Assembly (NCBI GenBank): GCA_046582655.1
Contig: JAYGDX010000257.1
Location: forward strand, 1-40,797
Direction: 5' to 3'
Origin: Candidatus Poribacteria bacterium
GTDB lineage: Bacteria; Poribacteria; WGA-4E; UBA9662
Length of the DNA: 40,797 nucleotides
The notes beneath the pieces were generated by a model. It did no database searches, was not told where the DNA came from, and saw only the letters and a list, made by a program, of their open reading frames with translations. Both the position numbers and the translations under genes were made by a program. Each line of letters begins with the position of its first letter. Position 1 is the stretch's first letter. Below are positions 18,216-28,153 of this stretch, in pieces.

Positions 18216-19571
18216 TCAGTAAGACAATCTCTTTGTCGGTTTTCCGCCTTGTTTTTTTGATGTGGAACGGTAATGGATTTGCAGTGGCGTTCCCTCAAAA
18301 CCAAAAGCATCTCGCAGTTCATTGACAATATAGGCTTCATAATGAGCTTTAATTTTATGTGGGTAACTGGCAAATATCAGGAAGGTTGGAGGTTTGACAT
18401 CAACTTGCGTAATATATTTTAAATTTGGACGTACTTTACCCGCTCTCGGAGGGGGATAAACTGATTTGATCTTTGTCAGCGCGCTATTTAGTTCTGTGGT
18501 CGGAATCCTGGTGCAATACTCACGGTGGATTTCCAAACTCAAATCAAGAGCGTTTGTCACGCGTTGCCCCGTTAAGGCGGAAACAAACAGAATTGGCACA
18601 TAATCCAACTGTGGAAAAAGTGTGTGGATACGATCTACAAATCGGTTAAAAGTATCATTATCCTTTTCGATTAGATCCCACTTATTGACCAAGATAATTG
18701 ATGCTTTTCCTTGATTGGCAATATAATTGGCAATCATTTTTTCTTGCTTAGCAATATCATCCGATGCGTCAAGAACCAGCCAAGCAATATCACTTTGTCG
18801 AATGCTCTTGATGGCCCGCTGAACGCTGAATTGTTCCAGCTCATCCTTTACCGAAGATTTCCGCCGCATTCCAGCCGTATCAATTAATTCAAATTCAATA
18901 TGCTGATACACAAAATGAATATTGACAGCATCTCGTGTCGTGCCGGGTTTATCATTGACAATCATACGATTTTCTCCTAGGATTGCATTAATAATCGAAG
19001 ATTTTCCAACATTTGGACGACCGACGATTGAAATTTTTATTGTCGATGATAAACCCACGTCCTCAACGTCCGATTCAGGGAGGGCAAATGCGACTTGCTC
19101 AAGTAAATCCCCAATTCCCCAGTTCTGGGCACACGAAATCGGAATCGGTTCGCCCAGACCCAATCGGTAGAAATCATAGATATCGTTATCAAATTTCTGC
19201 CCCTCTACTTTATTTACAACTAAAAAGACCGGCTTATTGATCTGTCTCAGTTTCTTTGCTACTAACAGATCGTGTGGCATGACACCAGTTCGCACATCGA
19301 CAAGAAAAACAAGCACTTTCGCTTCTTCTACTGCGATCTCAACCTGATGCTGCACCTGATCGATCAGTTCCTCTTTCGGCCTGACGTCCAATCCACCAGT
19401 ATCAGCAATTGTAAAACAGCGATCGTCCCACTCAATATCAGCGTAGATTCTATCCCGTGTCACACCCGGATAATCGTGAACCACTGAGATCTTTTTTTTC
19501 GCAATTAAATTAAAAAGCGACGATTTGCCGACGTTTGGACGGCCAATAATCGCTACGACTGGCAAACTCAT
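18216..19571 (-). CDS. der: Ribosome biogenesis GTPase Der (EngA)
   Basis: Two GTPase domains (GRPNVGKS twice, PGVTRD/PGTTRD, DTGG/DTAG, NKVE/NKWD) and a KH-like tail FGFEGTP. The start is the ATG at 19571 (MSLPVVAII), overlapping the upstream stop. Confidence 0.97.
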   Translation of the reverse strand: MSLPVVAIIGRPNVGKSSLFNLIAKKKISVVHDYPGVTRDRIYADIEWDDRCFTIADTGGLDVRPKEELIDQVQHQVEIAVEEAKVLVFLVDVRTGVMPHDLLVAKKLRQINKPVFLVVNKVEGQKFDNDIYDFYRLGLGEPIPISCAQNWGIGDLLEQVAFALPESDVEDVGLSSTIKISIVGRPNVGKSSIINAILGENRMIVNDKPGTTRDAVNIHFVYQHIEFELIDTAGMRRKSSVKDELEQFSVQRAIKSIRQSDIAWLVLDASDDIAKQEKMIANYIANQGKASIILVNKWDLIEKDNDTFNRFVDRIHTLFPQLDYVPILFVSALTGQRVTNALDLSLEIHREYCTRIPTTELNSALTKIKSVYPPPRAGKVRPNLKYITQVDVKPPTFLIFASYPHKIKAHYEAYIVNELRDAFGFEGTPLQIHYRSTSKKQGGKPTKRLSY

Positions 19572-20941
19572 GTATATAACTCTTTTGAAACTGTCACAAT
19601 CGACTTTAAGACAACAATTGCAGGAATAGCGAGAATGAGCCCCCAAAAGCCAAAAATTGATGCGCCAACAATCACGCCAAACATAATTAGTAATGGGTCG
19701 ACATTAACAGCGTTACTCATGATTTTTGGTGAGATGAGTGAATTATCAATTGCTTGGATCCCCAGAATGGCGCCCATTATGGCAACCACACGGATTAAGA
19801 AACCAACAAGCAGGAAATTTCCTGCAGCGAATCCCATCAGCAAAGCAAGCATAGCAAACACACCACCGATAAAGGGGCCAAAGGTTGGAATGGCATTGGA
19901 AATACCCGCCATCAAGCCAACAACAAGAGCAAACGGCACGCCAATGATGGAGTAAACAATAATCGAGATCAGACTAATCACCAGAATGACAACCACCTGA
20001 CCACGCAAAAAGGCTTCCATGTTCTTGTTGATTTCATGGAGATATTGCCATACACGATCCCGTTTCTCTAGCGGGAATAAATCAACAAAGTTTCCAACGT
20101 AAATTTCTAGTGAATGTCCAGCGTAGATCAACACCATTAACGTCAGAAACACCGTAGTTAAAAACCCACCTACACCTACAGCCATTGAAGAAAACCGCCG
20201 AAAAACACGCCCAAAAAAATCTGTCCCAGTTTCAGCTAGAGATCCCAAGTTAGCCGTAAGATAATTTTGAACCTGATTGACAATTTTCTGTCCTTCACGC
20301 TTAGCAAATTGGGTTGCTTTACGGATCAAACTTGACTTTGAATTGTCCCCGAACTCCTCGATCTTATCGAGGACACCTTTTTCTTCGTTGGTGCCTGCTA
20401 CAAAAGGCACAAGCGTATCTCGATAGAATTTGACCAATCCTTCGCTCATACCCAACGTCTGATCAACGATTTGGGGAATAACAATCCAAAATAACAGGCA
20501 GATAACACCAAGTGTCAAACCAAAGAGAATAAGACTCGCTACAATCTTTGGGACACGCAATCGCCTTCCAAACGGCAGCGGGATTTCTTGGATTTCCCCA
20601 ACAATAAACCGGAAAAAATAGGCAAGTCCAAACCCAAAAAAAAAGGGCATTAGCATACTTGACAGATTGATGAAAAGCCAGAGGCTAATCATAAAAATCA
20701 AAATATAAACAATGCTAGACACCTCTATTAGTTTCCGTACTCGGACGAGAAGCGCAATCAATAAAACAGCAACAATCGGGTGTAGAAGCAAAACAGGCTG
20801 GCTGTCATCTGCTCCTGGGTTTCGATAATAGGCAAACGCAACCCAGCATCCAGTAAAAATAATCACAACAATGGCGATCATTGAGCCACTGGTAATCTTT
20901 TCATTGGATGCTATACCTTGCTGTCCATTCCCTTTACTCAT
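19568..20941 (-). CDS. AI-2E (PerM) family transporter
   Basis: AFLRGQ, NAIPTFGPFIG, IDNSLISPKIM and FGFWGLILAIP. The likely ATG is at 20941. Confidence 0.88.
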   Translation of the reverse strand: MSKGNGQQGIASNEKITSGSMIAIVVIIFTGCWVAFAYYRNPGADDSQPVLLLHPIVAVLLIALLVRVRKLIEVSSIVYILIFMISLWLFINLSSMLMPFFFGFGLAYFFRFIVGEIQEIPLPFGRRLRVPKIVASLILFGLTLGVICLLFWIVIPQIVDQTLGMSEGLVKFYRDTLVPFVAGTNEEKGVLDKIEEFGDNSKSSLIRKATQFAKREGQKIVNQVQNYLTANLGSLAETGTDFFGRVFRRFSSMAVGVGGFLTTVFLTLMVLIYAGHSLEIYVGNFVDLFPLEKRDRVWQYLHEINKNMEAFLRGQVVVILVISLISIIVYSIIGVPFALVVGLMAGISNAIPTFGPFIGGVFAMLALLMGFAAGNFLLVGFLIRVVAIMGAILGIQAIDNSLISPKIMSNAVNVDPLLIMFGVIVGASIFGFWGLILAIPAIVVLKSIVTVSKELYT

Positions 20942-20942
20942 G

Positions 20943-22571
20943 CTAGGTTGTTGCAGATTTAACATCGTTGCTTTCTAATGTTTCAATGATTCCAGCCCCA
21001 ACGCTGTCCCCCCAAACATTAACAGTTGTTCGGAAACGATCCAAAAGCCAATCAACGGTCAAAATTAATCCGACACCTTCGATGGGGAGATCGACAGCTT
21101 TAAGTACAATCACCATAGTAACTAATCCTGCTTGCGGAATCCCCGCAGCACCGATGGCAGCGAGCGTCGCCGTGAGAACAATTACCAGTTGCTTGGCAAA
21201 ACCAAGATCCTCACCATAAACTTGGGCAATAAAAATTGCAGCCACGGCTTCGTAAAGCGCTGTACCGTCCATGTTAATAGTTGCACCCAATGGCAGAACA
21301 AAACTCGAGGTTCGATTTGAAATCTTGTTGCCGATCTCGACACCTTCCATGGTAAGTGGAAGTGTAGCTGAACTGGAAGCGGTGGAGAAGGCATTGAGCA
21401 AAGCAGTAGCAACACCAGAAACATAGACGATGGGGTTCCGTCTGCCAACTAACCAGAGAATGAGTGGTAAAACCACGATGCCGTGAATACCTAAGCCAAG
21501 CAATACTGTAAAGCTATACCAGCCAACGGCGACTAATTCGGGCAAAAAACCAGCGAAGCCACCTTCGTTACCAATCTTACCGGCAATTAAACCAAAAATC
21601 CCTATGGGTGAAACAACCATAATCCAGTGTACAATTTTCATTACCCCATCGTTCAAAGCCGAAATGGTGTTAATGGCAGCTTTGGCGTGTCCACCTACAA
21701 CTGTCAATGCGGCACCAAGCAGCAATGAAAAAAATATCAAAGGTAAAATGTCCATCTGTACCATGGCCTTGAAGATGTTGATGGGAATCAGCCCTTGCTT
21801 GCCAGTGACCGAATTGCCGAGGACAACTTCCATCATTGTATCCACAATCCCTTTATCCTTCTTGCTTGCTACCTTATCAGCAATTGGCAATCTAATTTCA
21901 ACACCTGTTCCGCTAGCTGCCAAATCGGGATCTGCAGATATGACTTGACCATTTACTGTACGGAGAGCTTTTTCAGTATCACCTGCTTGAACGTAGAAAA
22001 CATCGTCAGCCTCGACGTATTTCCAAGCTTTGACCGTTACCGAATTTTGAGTAACCGATTCAATAATACCTTGAACATTCTGATCGGGAAGGACAAGCAG
22101 ATATTTCTTATCCCCTTTCTGTTCATAGTTTTTAAAACTCTTTTTGTCCCAACTCTCATCTCCTATATTAACTGTGCGATCATCTAAAGTGTATAGGTAC
22201 CCCTGATGCCCTTCCCCTGTTGAAATACCAACACCGGGACGGACAATATTAACCATAATTATCCCAATAATCACAGAAACCGCTGTTGTCACCATGTAAT
22301 AAAGTATAGTACGACCGCCAATCGTTCCAATATTTCTAATATCACCCAATCCTGTAATGCCGACGATCATCGAAAGGACAACTAATGGAACTACAATCAT
22401 CTTTAACGAATTGAGGAAAATCTCGCCCAGAACAGAAAAATGTTTAGCAAATCCTGGTGCAAACCCTCCAATAATAACACCAAGAATAATTGCGCCTATA
22501 ATACCAATGAGAATGGAGGGACTTTCCCCATTCCCTCCATCATAATCGGTCGTATTTTCGTTCCGATCCAT
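20943..22571 (-). CDS. Dicarboxylate/amino acid:cation symporter (DAACS/SLC1), probably a Na+:glutamate/aspartate symporter
   Basis: GGAGG RBS. LKMIVVPL, AFSTASSSATLP, GATINMDGT, GAAGIP and DWLLDRFRTTVNVWGD. Confidence 0.95.
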   Translation of the reverse strand: MDRNENTTDYDGGNGESPSILIGIIGAIILGVIIGGFAPGFAKHFSVLGEIFLNSLKMIVVPLVVLSMIVGITGLGDIRNIGTIGGRTILYYMVTTAVSVIIGIIMVNIVRPGVGISTGEGHQGYLYTLDDRTVNIGDESWDKKSFKNYEQKGDKKYLLVLPDQNVQGIIESVTQNSVTVKAWKYVEADDVFYVQAGDTEKALRTVNGQVISADPDLAASGTGVEIRLPIADKVASKKDKGIVDTMMEVVLGNSVTGKQGLIPINIFKAMVQMDILPLIFFSLLLGAALTVVGGHAKAAINTISALNDGVMKIVHWIMVVSPIGIFGLIAGKIGNEGGFAGFLPELVAVGWYSFTVLLGLGIHGIVVLPLILWLVGRRNPIVYVSGVATALLNAFSTASSSATLPLTMEGVEIGNKISNRTSSFVLPLGATINMDGTALYEAVAAIFIAQVYGEDLGFAKQLVIVLTATLAAIGAAGIPQAGLVTMVIVLKAVDLPIEGVGLILTVDWLLDRFRTTVNVWGDSVGAGIIETLESNDVKSATT

Positions 22572-22645
22572 TTATAAAATACCTCCCTAATATTCTTTAA
22601 CTCAGCAAATAATTTCATGACAGAGATTAGTGCACGCTGAACGAG

Positions 22646-22674
22646 ATTATAGCATAGGCATTATAACTGGACAA
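22646..22674 (-). promoter_or_regulatory. Extended -10 sigma70 promoter for the DAACS-AI-2E-der operon
   Basis: Minus strand TTGTCC, 17 nt spacer, TATAAT with a TG extension (TGcTATAAT). Confidence 0.65.
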
Positions 22675-22771
22675 GATAATCCTTAGATAGGCTATTACTA
22701 CACTCTCAGTTTCCAAAGCTTATTGTCACTACTTGCGCAAAGCCGACAAATGAAAGACTAGAGTAGAATGC

Positions 22772-22801
22772 TTGACAACAGTTTAAGAACATTGCCATAA
22801 T
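22772..22801 (+). promoter_or_regulatory. Sigma70 promoter for the DUF1549/1553-DUF1501 operon
   Basis: TTGACA (22772-77), 18 nt spacer, CATAAT (22796-801) with a TG extension. Confidence 0.65.
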
Positions 22802-22851
22802 ATAAACATGATTCTTCCGATATGCGAGATTAGATACAAAGACCAATAACA

Positions 22852-25033
22852 ATGTGGAAACTCCTTATCTATTATCTCCCTTTTGATACTTGCTCTTTAT
22901 ATTCCAGATGCAAAGGCAGACGACCAAGAGCCGAGATTCCTTAATGATAATTGCCCCCATTCTGGACAAGAAAGGATGTTCTGCAGCGCTCTGTCATGGT
23001 AAGTTTGGCGGACAGGGAGGATTAGATCTATCGCGACTGACATTGAATCCAGAAGCCGATTACTATCCTATTGTCTGATGGTTATAGTGGCAGGCGAATT
23101 AACCTCGTTGATCCTGAACGCTCACTGTTTTTATTGAAACCAACAGAGCAAGTAAGTCACGAAGGAGGTATGCGCTTTGAGGTCAATTCGCAGGAATACA
23201 TTACCATCCTGCGATGGATCGAAAACGGTGCAAAATTCGCGGAAGATGATCCACGGCTGGAACGGATTACAGTTCAGCCAAGTGAATTTATTCTGAAGAA
23301 AGTTGGTGAACAGCAACAGATCAAAGTTCTTGCCCATTTTAATGACAACACGGTTGAAGATGTCACTGAAAAAACAATTTTTGAATCCAAAGATCAACCG
23401 ATTGCCAAAGTCAGCGTAGACGGTTTGACCACCGCAAAAAAGTGGGGAAGTACAGCCGTCATTGCTAGATTTCTGGGTGTGGTCTCTGCCTCATTTCTAA
23501 CCATTCCGCGGATGGGAGAAATTAATCCCGCGTTGCATATGCCTGAGGGCAATATTATTGACAAGTACGTTTCAAAAAAACTTAAAAAACTCAACATTAT
23601 CCCCTCGCGTCTTTGTAACGATAACACGTTTATTCGCCGTGTGTTTCTCGACACAGTGGGTATGCTACCATCCACTAATCAGGTCGAATCCTTCATAACA
23701 AATAACAGTTTAGATAAAAGGTCTCACCTGATAAATCAATTGCTTGAAAGCCCTGAATTTGAACACAACCGAACTTTACAGGTTAGTGATATGTTGCGAG
23801 TCCATCCACGGCAACTTGGCAATGGATCTTTTGGTGAACGGGCGGCAACTATTTTCCATGAATGGATTCGCAAACATATTAACAGACCCTATAATCAATT
23901 TGTTAAAGATCTAATCACAGCCAAAGGCAGTACATACCAGGTTGGGCCAGCCAATTTTTATCGCATTGAAGGTAGCCCAGACGGTCGAGCAGAAACGATA
24001 GCGCAAGTTTTCCTTGGTATTCGCTTGAGCTGTGCTCGATGCCACAAACATCCATTTGACCGTTGGACCACAGATGACTACTGGAATTTCGCTGCTTTCA
24101 CGGGAAAAGTTGGTAGTCGCAACGGTGAACTTTATCAAGAACAAATAATTTATTATAACCCAACTGGTCGTGTGGTTAACCAATCGGTCGAAGGAAATCG
24201 GGGAAGGGTTACCGATCCAAAATTCTTAGGTGGAGACAAAATTGATTCGAACTTTCAGATTGACCATCTGCAACTGCTAGCTGATTGGATTACTTCTCCA
24301 ACCAACCCATATTTTGCAAGAGCAACGGTAAACCGAATCTGGAGTTACTATTTTGGTTGGGGTATTATTGACCCAGTCGATGACATGCGTGAAACACCAC
24401 CCTCAGCTGTAGAAGGGTTACTTGAAGCCTTAGCTGAACAATTTATTAAAGATGAATTTGATACCAAATCAATCATCCATTTAATTCTAAATTCGCGAAC
24501 CTACCAACTTTCAGCTGAACCTAACGAAACAAATAATCTTGATGATCGGTTCTTCTCTCGATTTTATCCAAGGGCAATACCCGCCCAAGTCGTGCTTGAT
24601 GTTGTTAATGATGTTACTGAGACAAAAGAAAAATTTGGCCGGTATCCCCAAGGAACCCGAGCAGTCTCAACGCCGTTGCCGTATAGTTCAAGGTTCTTGG
24701 ATCTCTTTGGTAGATCCGAACGTGAGTTTCTAGCAAATCGTAAACCCAAAGCCCGAACCAACACTCACACAAGCATTACATATGATTAACTCCCACTACA
24801 TCCACAACAAGATTACGGGCACAAACAGTGCAGTTAAACGAATGATTGGTGAAGAACTAACGGATAACCAAATTATTAAAGAAATTTACATGAACACCTT
24901 GTGTCGACTACCCTCGGCAGATGAATTGGAAACTGCAGGAGAATACATTCGTCAAAGCCTAAAGAGACACGAGGGATTGGAAGATTTACTCTGGGCAATC
25001 ATAACGTCAAGAGCATTTTTGTTCACAAGCTAA
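22852..25033 (+). pseudogene. DUF1549/DUF1553 (planctomycete PSD1/PSCyt-type) heme-motif protein with an Ig-like domain, interrupted by four +1 frameshifts
   Basis: The reconstruction runs MWKLLI/IISLLILALYIPDAKADDQEPRFLND/IAPILDKKGCSAALCHGK...PIV/DGYSGRRINLVDPERSLFLLKP...CARCHKHPFDRWT...NPYFARATVNRIW...PKA/EPTLTQALHMINS...EDLLWAIITSRAFLF. Extra bases sit at about 22870, 22949, 23076 and 24754. It could be a real pseudogene or sequencing error. Confidence 0.85.
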
Positions 25034-25049
25034 GAAGAGGATAGCAAAA

Positions 25050-26363
25050 ATGAACCAAAAATTAACACATGCTACGGATTGCGCCAACTTTCACCGTAGA
25101 GATTTTATCAAAGTTGGAGTGCTTGGGACACTAGGACTCAGTATGACAGATTTGTTTCAACTTGAAGCTATGGCAAAATCAGATCAATTCCAAGGAAAAG
25201 CCAAGTCTGTTATTTTAATCTGGCTTGGCGGTGGCCCCAGCCATCTTGATATCTGGGATTTGAAACCCAATGCTCCGGAAGAAATTCGCGGTATTTTCAA
25301 ACCAATTAAAACAAACGTACCCGGTATCGAGATTTGCGAGCACCTACCCAAAATAGCACAACAGATGAAGAAAATATGCCTGATCCGATCGATGACGTCA
25401 CCTGAAGCGGCACATGAGCGCGGGACACACTACATGATGACAGGTTTTCGCCCTTTGCCCGGTTTTGCAGTACCAGGTTATGGCTCGGTTGTGGCAGAGT
25501 TAAAGGGACAAACTAGCGCGTTACCGCCTTACATCGCTATTCCCTCTCCTATCGCTTACGGTGGCGGAGGTTTCCTCGGATCAGCACTAGATCCGTTTTC
25601 GTTAGATGGGAACCCTGCCAGCAAAAACTTTAGGGTTCATAACCTTGTCGCACCCAACGAAATCACACGGCATCGTTTCGATCGGCGCAAAACGTTGCGT
25701 GAATCGGTTGACGCCACCTTCAAAAAATATGAATCTGGGAGCAGCCGAGCAGTCGCTGCTGACGAATTCTACACCGCAGCCTATAACCTGATTAGTTCTG
25801 CCGACGCACGTGCTGCGTTTGATCTCAGCAAGGAAAATGGTAAATTACGTGATGCCTATCGCAGAGATCGGTTTGGGCAAAGTTGCCTGCTTGCACGTCG
25901 GCTTGTTGAGGCCGGAGTTCGATTTACCACCGTTGATCTAGGTGGGTGGGATAACCATAGCAACATCTTTTCGTCGTTGAGCGGCCGACTCAGCAGTTTC
26001 GATCAAACAGTTGCAACACTGATCCATGACTTATCCGATCGAGGGTTACTAGATAGCACGCTTACTCTAGTAATGGGAGAATTTGGTCGAACGCCAGTTA
26101 TTAACCGTGATGGCGGACGAGATCACCACTCCCAAGTATTCTCAATCATGCTAGCTGGTGGAGGAATTAAAGGAGGACAAGTCATCGGATCTTCCGATGC
26201 CTACGGCGAAGATCCGGCGGATCTACCAGTGCGCCCTGAAGATCTATCGGCAACGATCTATCATTGTCTTGGAATCGATTACAACCAGTCGCTTGAGTCA
26301 CCAGAAGGAACTCGAATTGTGCTTTCACGCGGCGGTAAGCATATCCATCAAGCATTAATATAA
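25050..26363 (+). CDS. DUF1501 domain protein (Tat-exported, alkaline phosphatase/sulfatase-like fold)
   Basis: RRDFIKVG twin-arginine motif. AKSVILIWLGGGPSHLD, CLLARRLVEAGVRF, GGWDNH, GEFGRTP and GRDHH. Confidence 0.93.
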   Translation: MNQKLTHATDCANFHRRDFIKVGVLGTLGLSMTDLFQLEAMAKSDQFQGKAKSVILIWLGGGPSHLDIWDLKPNAPEEIRGIFKPIKTNVPGIEICEHLPKIAQQMKKICLIRSMTSPEAAHERGTHYMMTGFRPLPGFAVPGYGSVVAELKGQTSALPPYIAIPSPIAYGGGGFLGSALDPFSLDGNPASKNFRVHNLVAPNEITRHRFDRRKTLRESVDATFKKYESGSSRAVAADEFYTAAYNLISSADARAAFDLSKENGKLRDAYRRDRFGQSCLLARRLVEAGVRFTTVDLGGWDNHSNIFSSLSGRLSSFDQTVATLIHDLSDRGLLDSTLTLVMGEFGRTPVINRDGGRDHHSQVFSIMLAGGGIKGGQVIGSSDAYGEDPADLPVRPEDLSATIYHCLGIDYNQSLESPEGTRIVLSRGGKHIHQALI

Positions 26364-26381
26364 GCTTTGCTCCTTGATAGA

Positions 26382-27665
26382 TTATAGAAATCTTTCTAAG
26401 TGATTGAGTGATCGTTGAGAAGCACCAAGGTTCTCAACGATCACGGCTTTTGCCCTCTCTCCCATTTGTTGGCGAAGTTGAGCTGAAAATATCAACTCTC
26501 TGAAAATGTCGGCCATTTCGAAAGCGTTGTTGACCTGTCGTGCCGCGTGGCGTTCTTTTAAGAGTCCCGCCTCATACGAGTTTTCGATCCGTGGTCCAAA
26601 TACAATTGGTTTAGCCATCGCCGCTGGTTCCATAACATTGTGCACCCTTCCATGAAAGCTACCGCCAACAAAGGCAACGTCACAGATTCTATATAACTCC
26701 GCCAATAATCCGACAGTATCGATGACGATGACTTCCATCCCACTAAGATCCATTTCGCTATTCAGATCCGAAAACAACGTGTACGAAAACCCTAACATAT
26801 CAAGTTTTGAACAGAGCCTTTGTATATGCTCAACTGTCGGTTCATGAGGAACAACGATCAAGTGCAGTAATCCATTTGTTTCCCCACAACGCAGAAGTTC
26901 ATAGGCTTCCAGTAGAACCTCTTCCTCCTCAATGTAGGTGCTGCCAGCTATAACAATTGGATACTTGAGGGTGGACTGAGCAGGAAGGAATTGATCCACT
27001 TTGACCATGATAGCTCGATTATAAACGGTATCAAAGCGTGTATCGCCTGTTACTTCAACTTGCGAATCATCACCACAAAGTTGCGTAAATCTTTCTGCAT
27101 CCGATTCAGAAATTACACAATGGAGTGTGAGCTTATTATGAACCTGCTTGAAGAAAGACCTTGCGATGGGATACAATCTCTTCGATTCCTGATGGAGAGT
27201 ACCAGCGATCAAGACAGTTGGAACGCCTTGGTCAGAAGCACGCCAAACCAAGTTCGGCCAGACATCAAACTTAGAAAAAACCAACACTGTTGGTCGAATT
27301 AAACTAAATAACCGTTTCGCATTTATAGCAGTATCAAGCGGTAGGTACGTATGTGCATCACAATGAGGATACTTAAGGACATTCGGGTGGACAGACGGCG
27401 AGAAATAGGTCAAAATGATTTGGGCATTGTCTTTTATTGACTCAATTAAAGGCTTAGCTTGTTCAAACTCACCAACTGAAGTAAAATGGAACCAAACCCT
27501 TTGTGTGAAGTCTGGTGCTAATTTCAGTTGCTCTTCGAGTTGCCTAAAAGCATTTCTACGTACCGAAATCCCCTGTCGAATTTTTGAATTGAACAACGAG
27601 GCAACCTGAAAGCCAGTAAAAATCGCAGCTATACCAATCGTGTTATAAATCATTTTCCAGATCAT
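26382..27665 (-). CDS. waaA: 3-deoxy-D-manno-octulosonic acid (Kdo) transferase
   Basis: WFHFTSVGEF, YLPLD, TGDTRFD, IAGST, DTVGLLAELY and AFVGGSF...HNVMEPA. Confidence 0.93.
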   Translation of the reverse strand: MIWKMIYNTIGIAAIFTGFQVASLFNSKIRQGISVRRNAFRQLEEQLKLAPDFTQRVWFHFTSVGEFEQAKPLIESIKDNAQIILTYFSPSVHPNVLKYPHCDAHTYLPLDTAINAKRLFSLIRPTVLVFSKFDVWPNLVWRASDQGVPTVLIAGTLHQESKRLYPIARSFFKQVHNKLTLHCVISESDAERFTQLCGDDSQVEVTGDTRFDTVYNRAIMVKVDQFLPAQSTLKYPIVIAGSTYIEEEEVLLEAYELLRCGETNGLLHLIVVPHEPTVEHIQRLCSKLDMLGFSYTLFSDLNSEMDLSGMEVIVIDTVGLLAELYRICDVAFVGGSFHGRVHNVMEPAAMAKPIVFGPRIENSYEAGLLKERHAARQVNNAFEMADIFRELIFSAQLRQQMGERAKAVIVENLGASQRSLNHLERFL

Positions 27666-27711
27666 TTTGATCTGAGTTTCTCAATTTTAACCAGAAAAGA
27701 ATCGGAATCTA

Positions 27712-28038
27712 TTATAGAACGGCAGTAATCTTAGAATGGATCTGAGCTTTGGGCAACGCACCAACAATCGTTTCAACAACTTGACCATCTTTAAAAACTA
27801 ACATTGTGGGGATGCTGCGTATACCATACTGCATAGCATTTTCCTTGCTTTCGTCAACATTCAGTTTGCCAATCTTATAGGTATCTGCATGTTCGGCAGC
27901 GAGTTCCTCAAGAACCGGGGCAATCTGTTTGCATGGACCGCACCATTCCGCCCAGAAGTCAACAACAATCAGTATATCTGAATTCAGGACCACTTCTTCA
28001 AAGTTGCCATCTGTAATTTCGACGGTATTGCCAGCCAT
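27712..28038 (-). CDS. trxA: Thioredoxin
   Basis: VDFWAEWCGPCK and IRSIPT. AAGGAG RBS. Confidence 0.97.
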   Translation of the reverse strand: MAGNTVEITDGNFEEVVLNSDILIVVDFWAEWCGPCKQIAPVLEELAAEHADTYKIGKLNVDESKENAMQYGIRSIPTMLVFKDGQVVETIVGALPKAQIHSKITAVL

Positions 28039-28088
28039 AACTACTCCTTGTTTTAGATATTGGAATTAGATGAAATCGGTTCAATGTT

Positions 28089-28141
28089 TTGACACATCGA
28101 ATTCGAAAATTATAATACCTTAATAAGACACTAAGAGTCAA
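28089..28141. promoter_or_regulatory. Overlapping opposed sigma70 promoters for the fetAB-like genes (+) and trxA-waaA (-)
   Basis: Plus strand TTGACA (28089-94), 16 nt, TATAAT (28111-16). Minus strand TTGACT (28141-36), 18 nt, TATTAT (28117-12). The palindrome TCGAATTCGA (28097-106) lies in the plus-strand spacer. Confidence 0.65.
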
Positions 28142-28153
28142 TATCTTACCAAC

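Noticed and set aside
19572..19646. Cys-rich N-terminal extension of Der in the ORF track
   Set aside because: It overlaps the AI-2E gene. The true start is the ATG at 19571, coupled to the upstream stop.
22720..22770. c-di-GMP-I riboswitch (contains CGCAAAGCC)
   Set aside because: It lacks the GGCAAAC/GNRA P2 stem and lies upstream of the predicted promoter.
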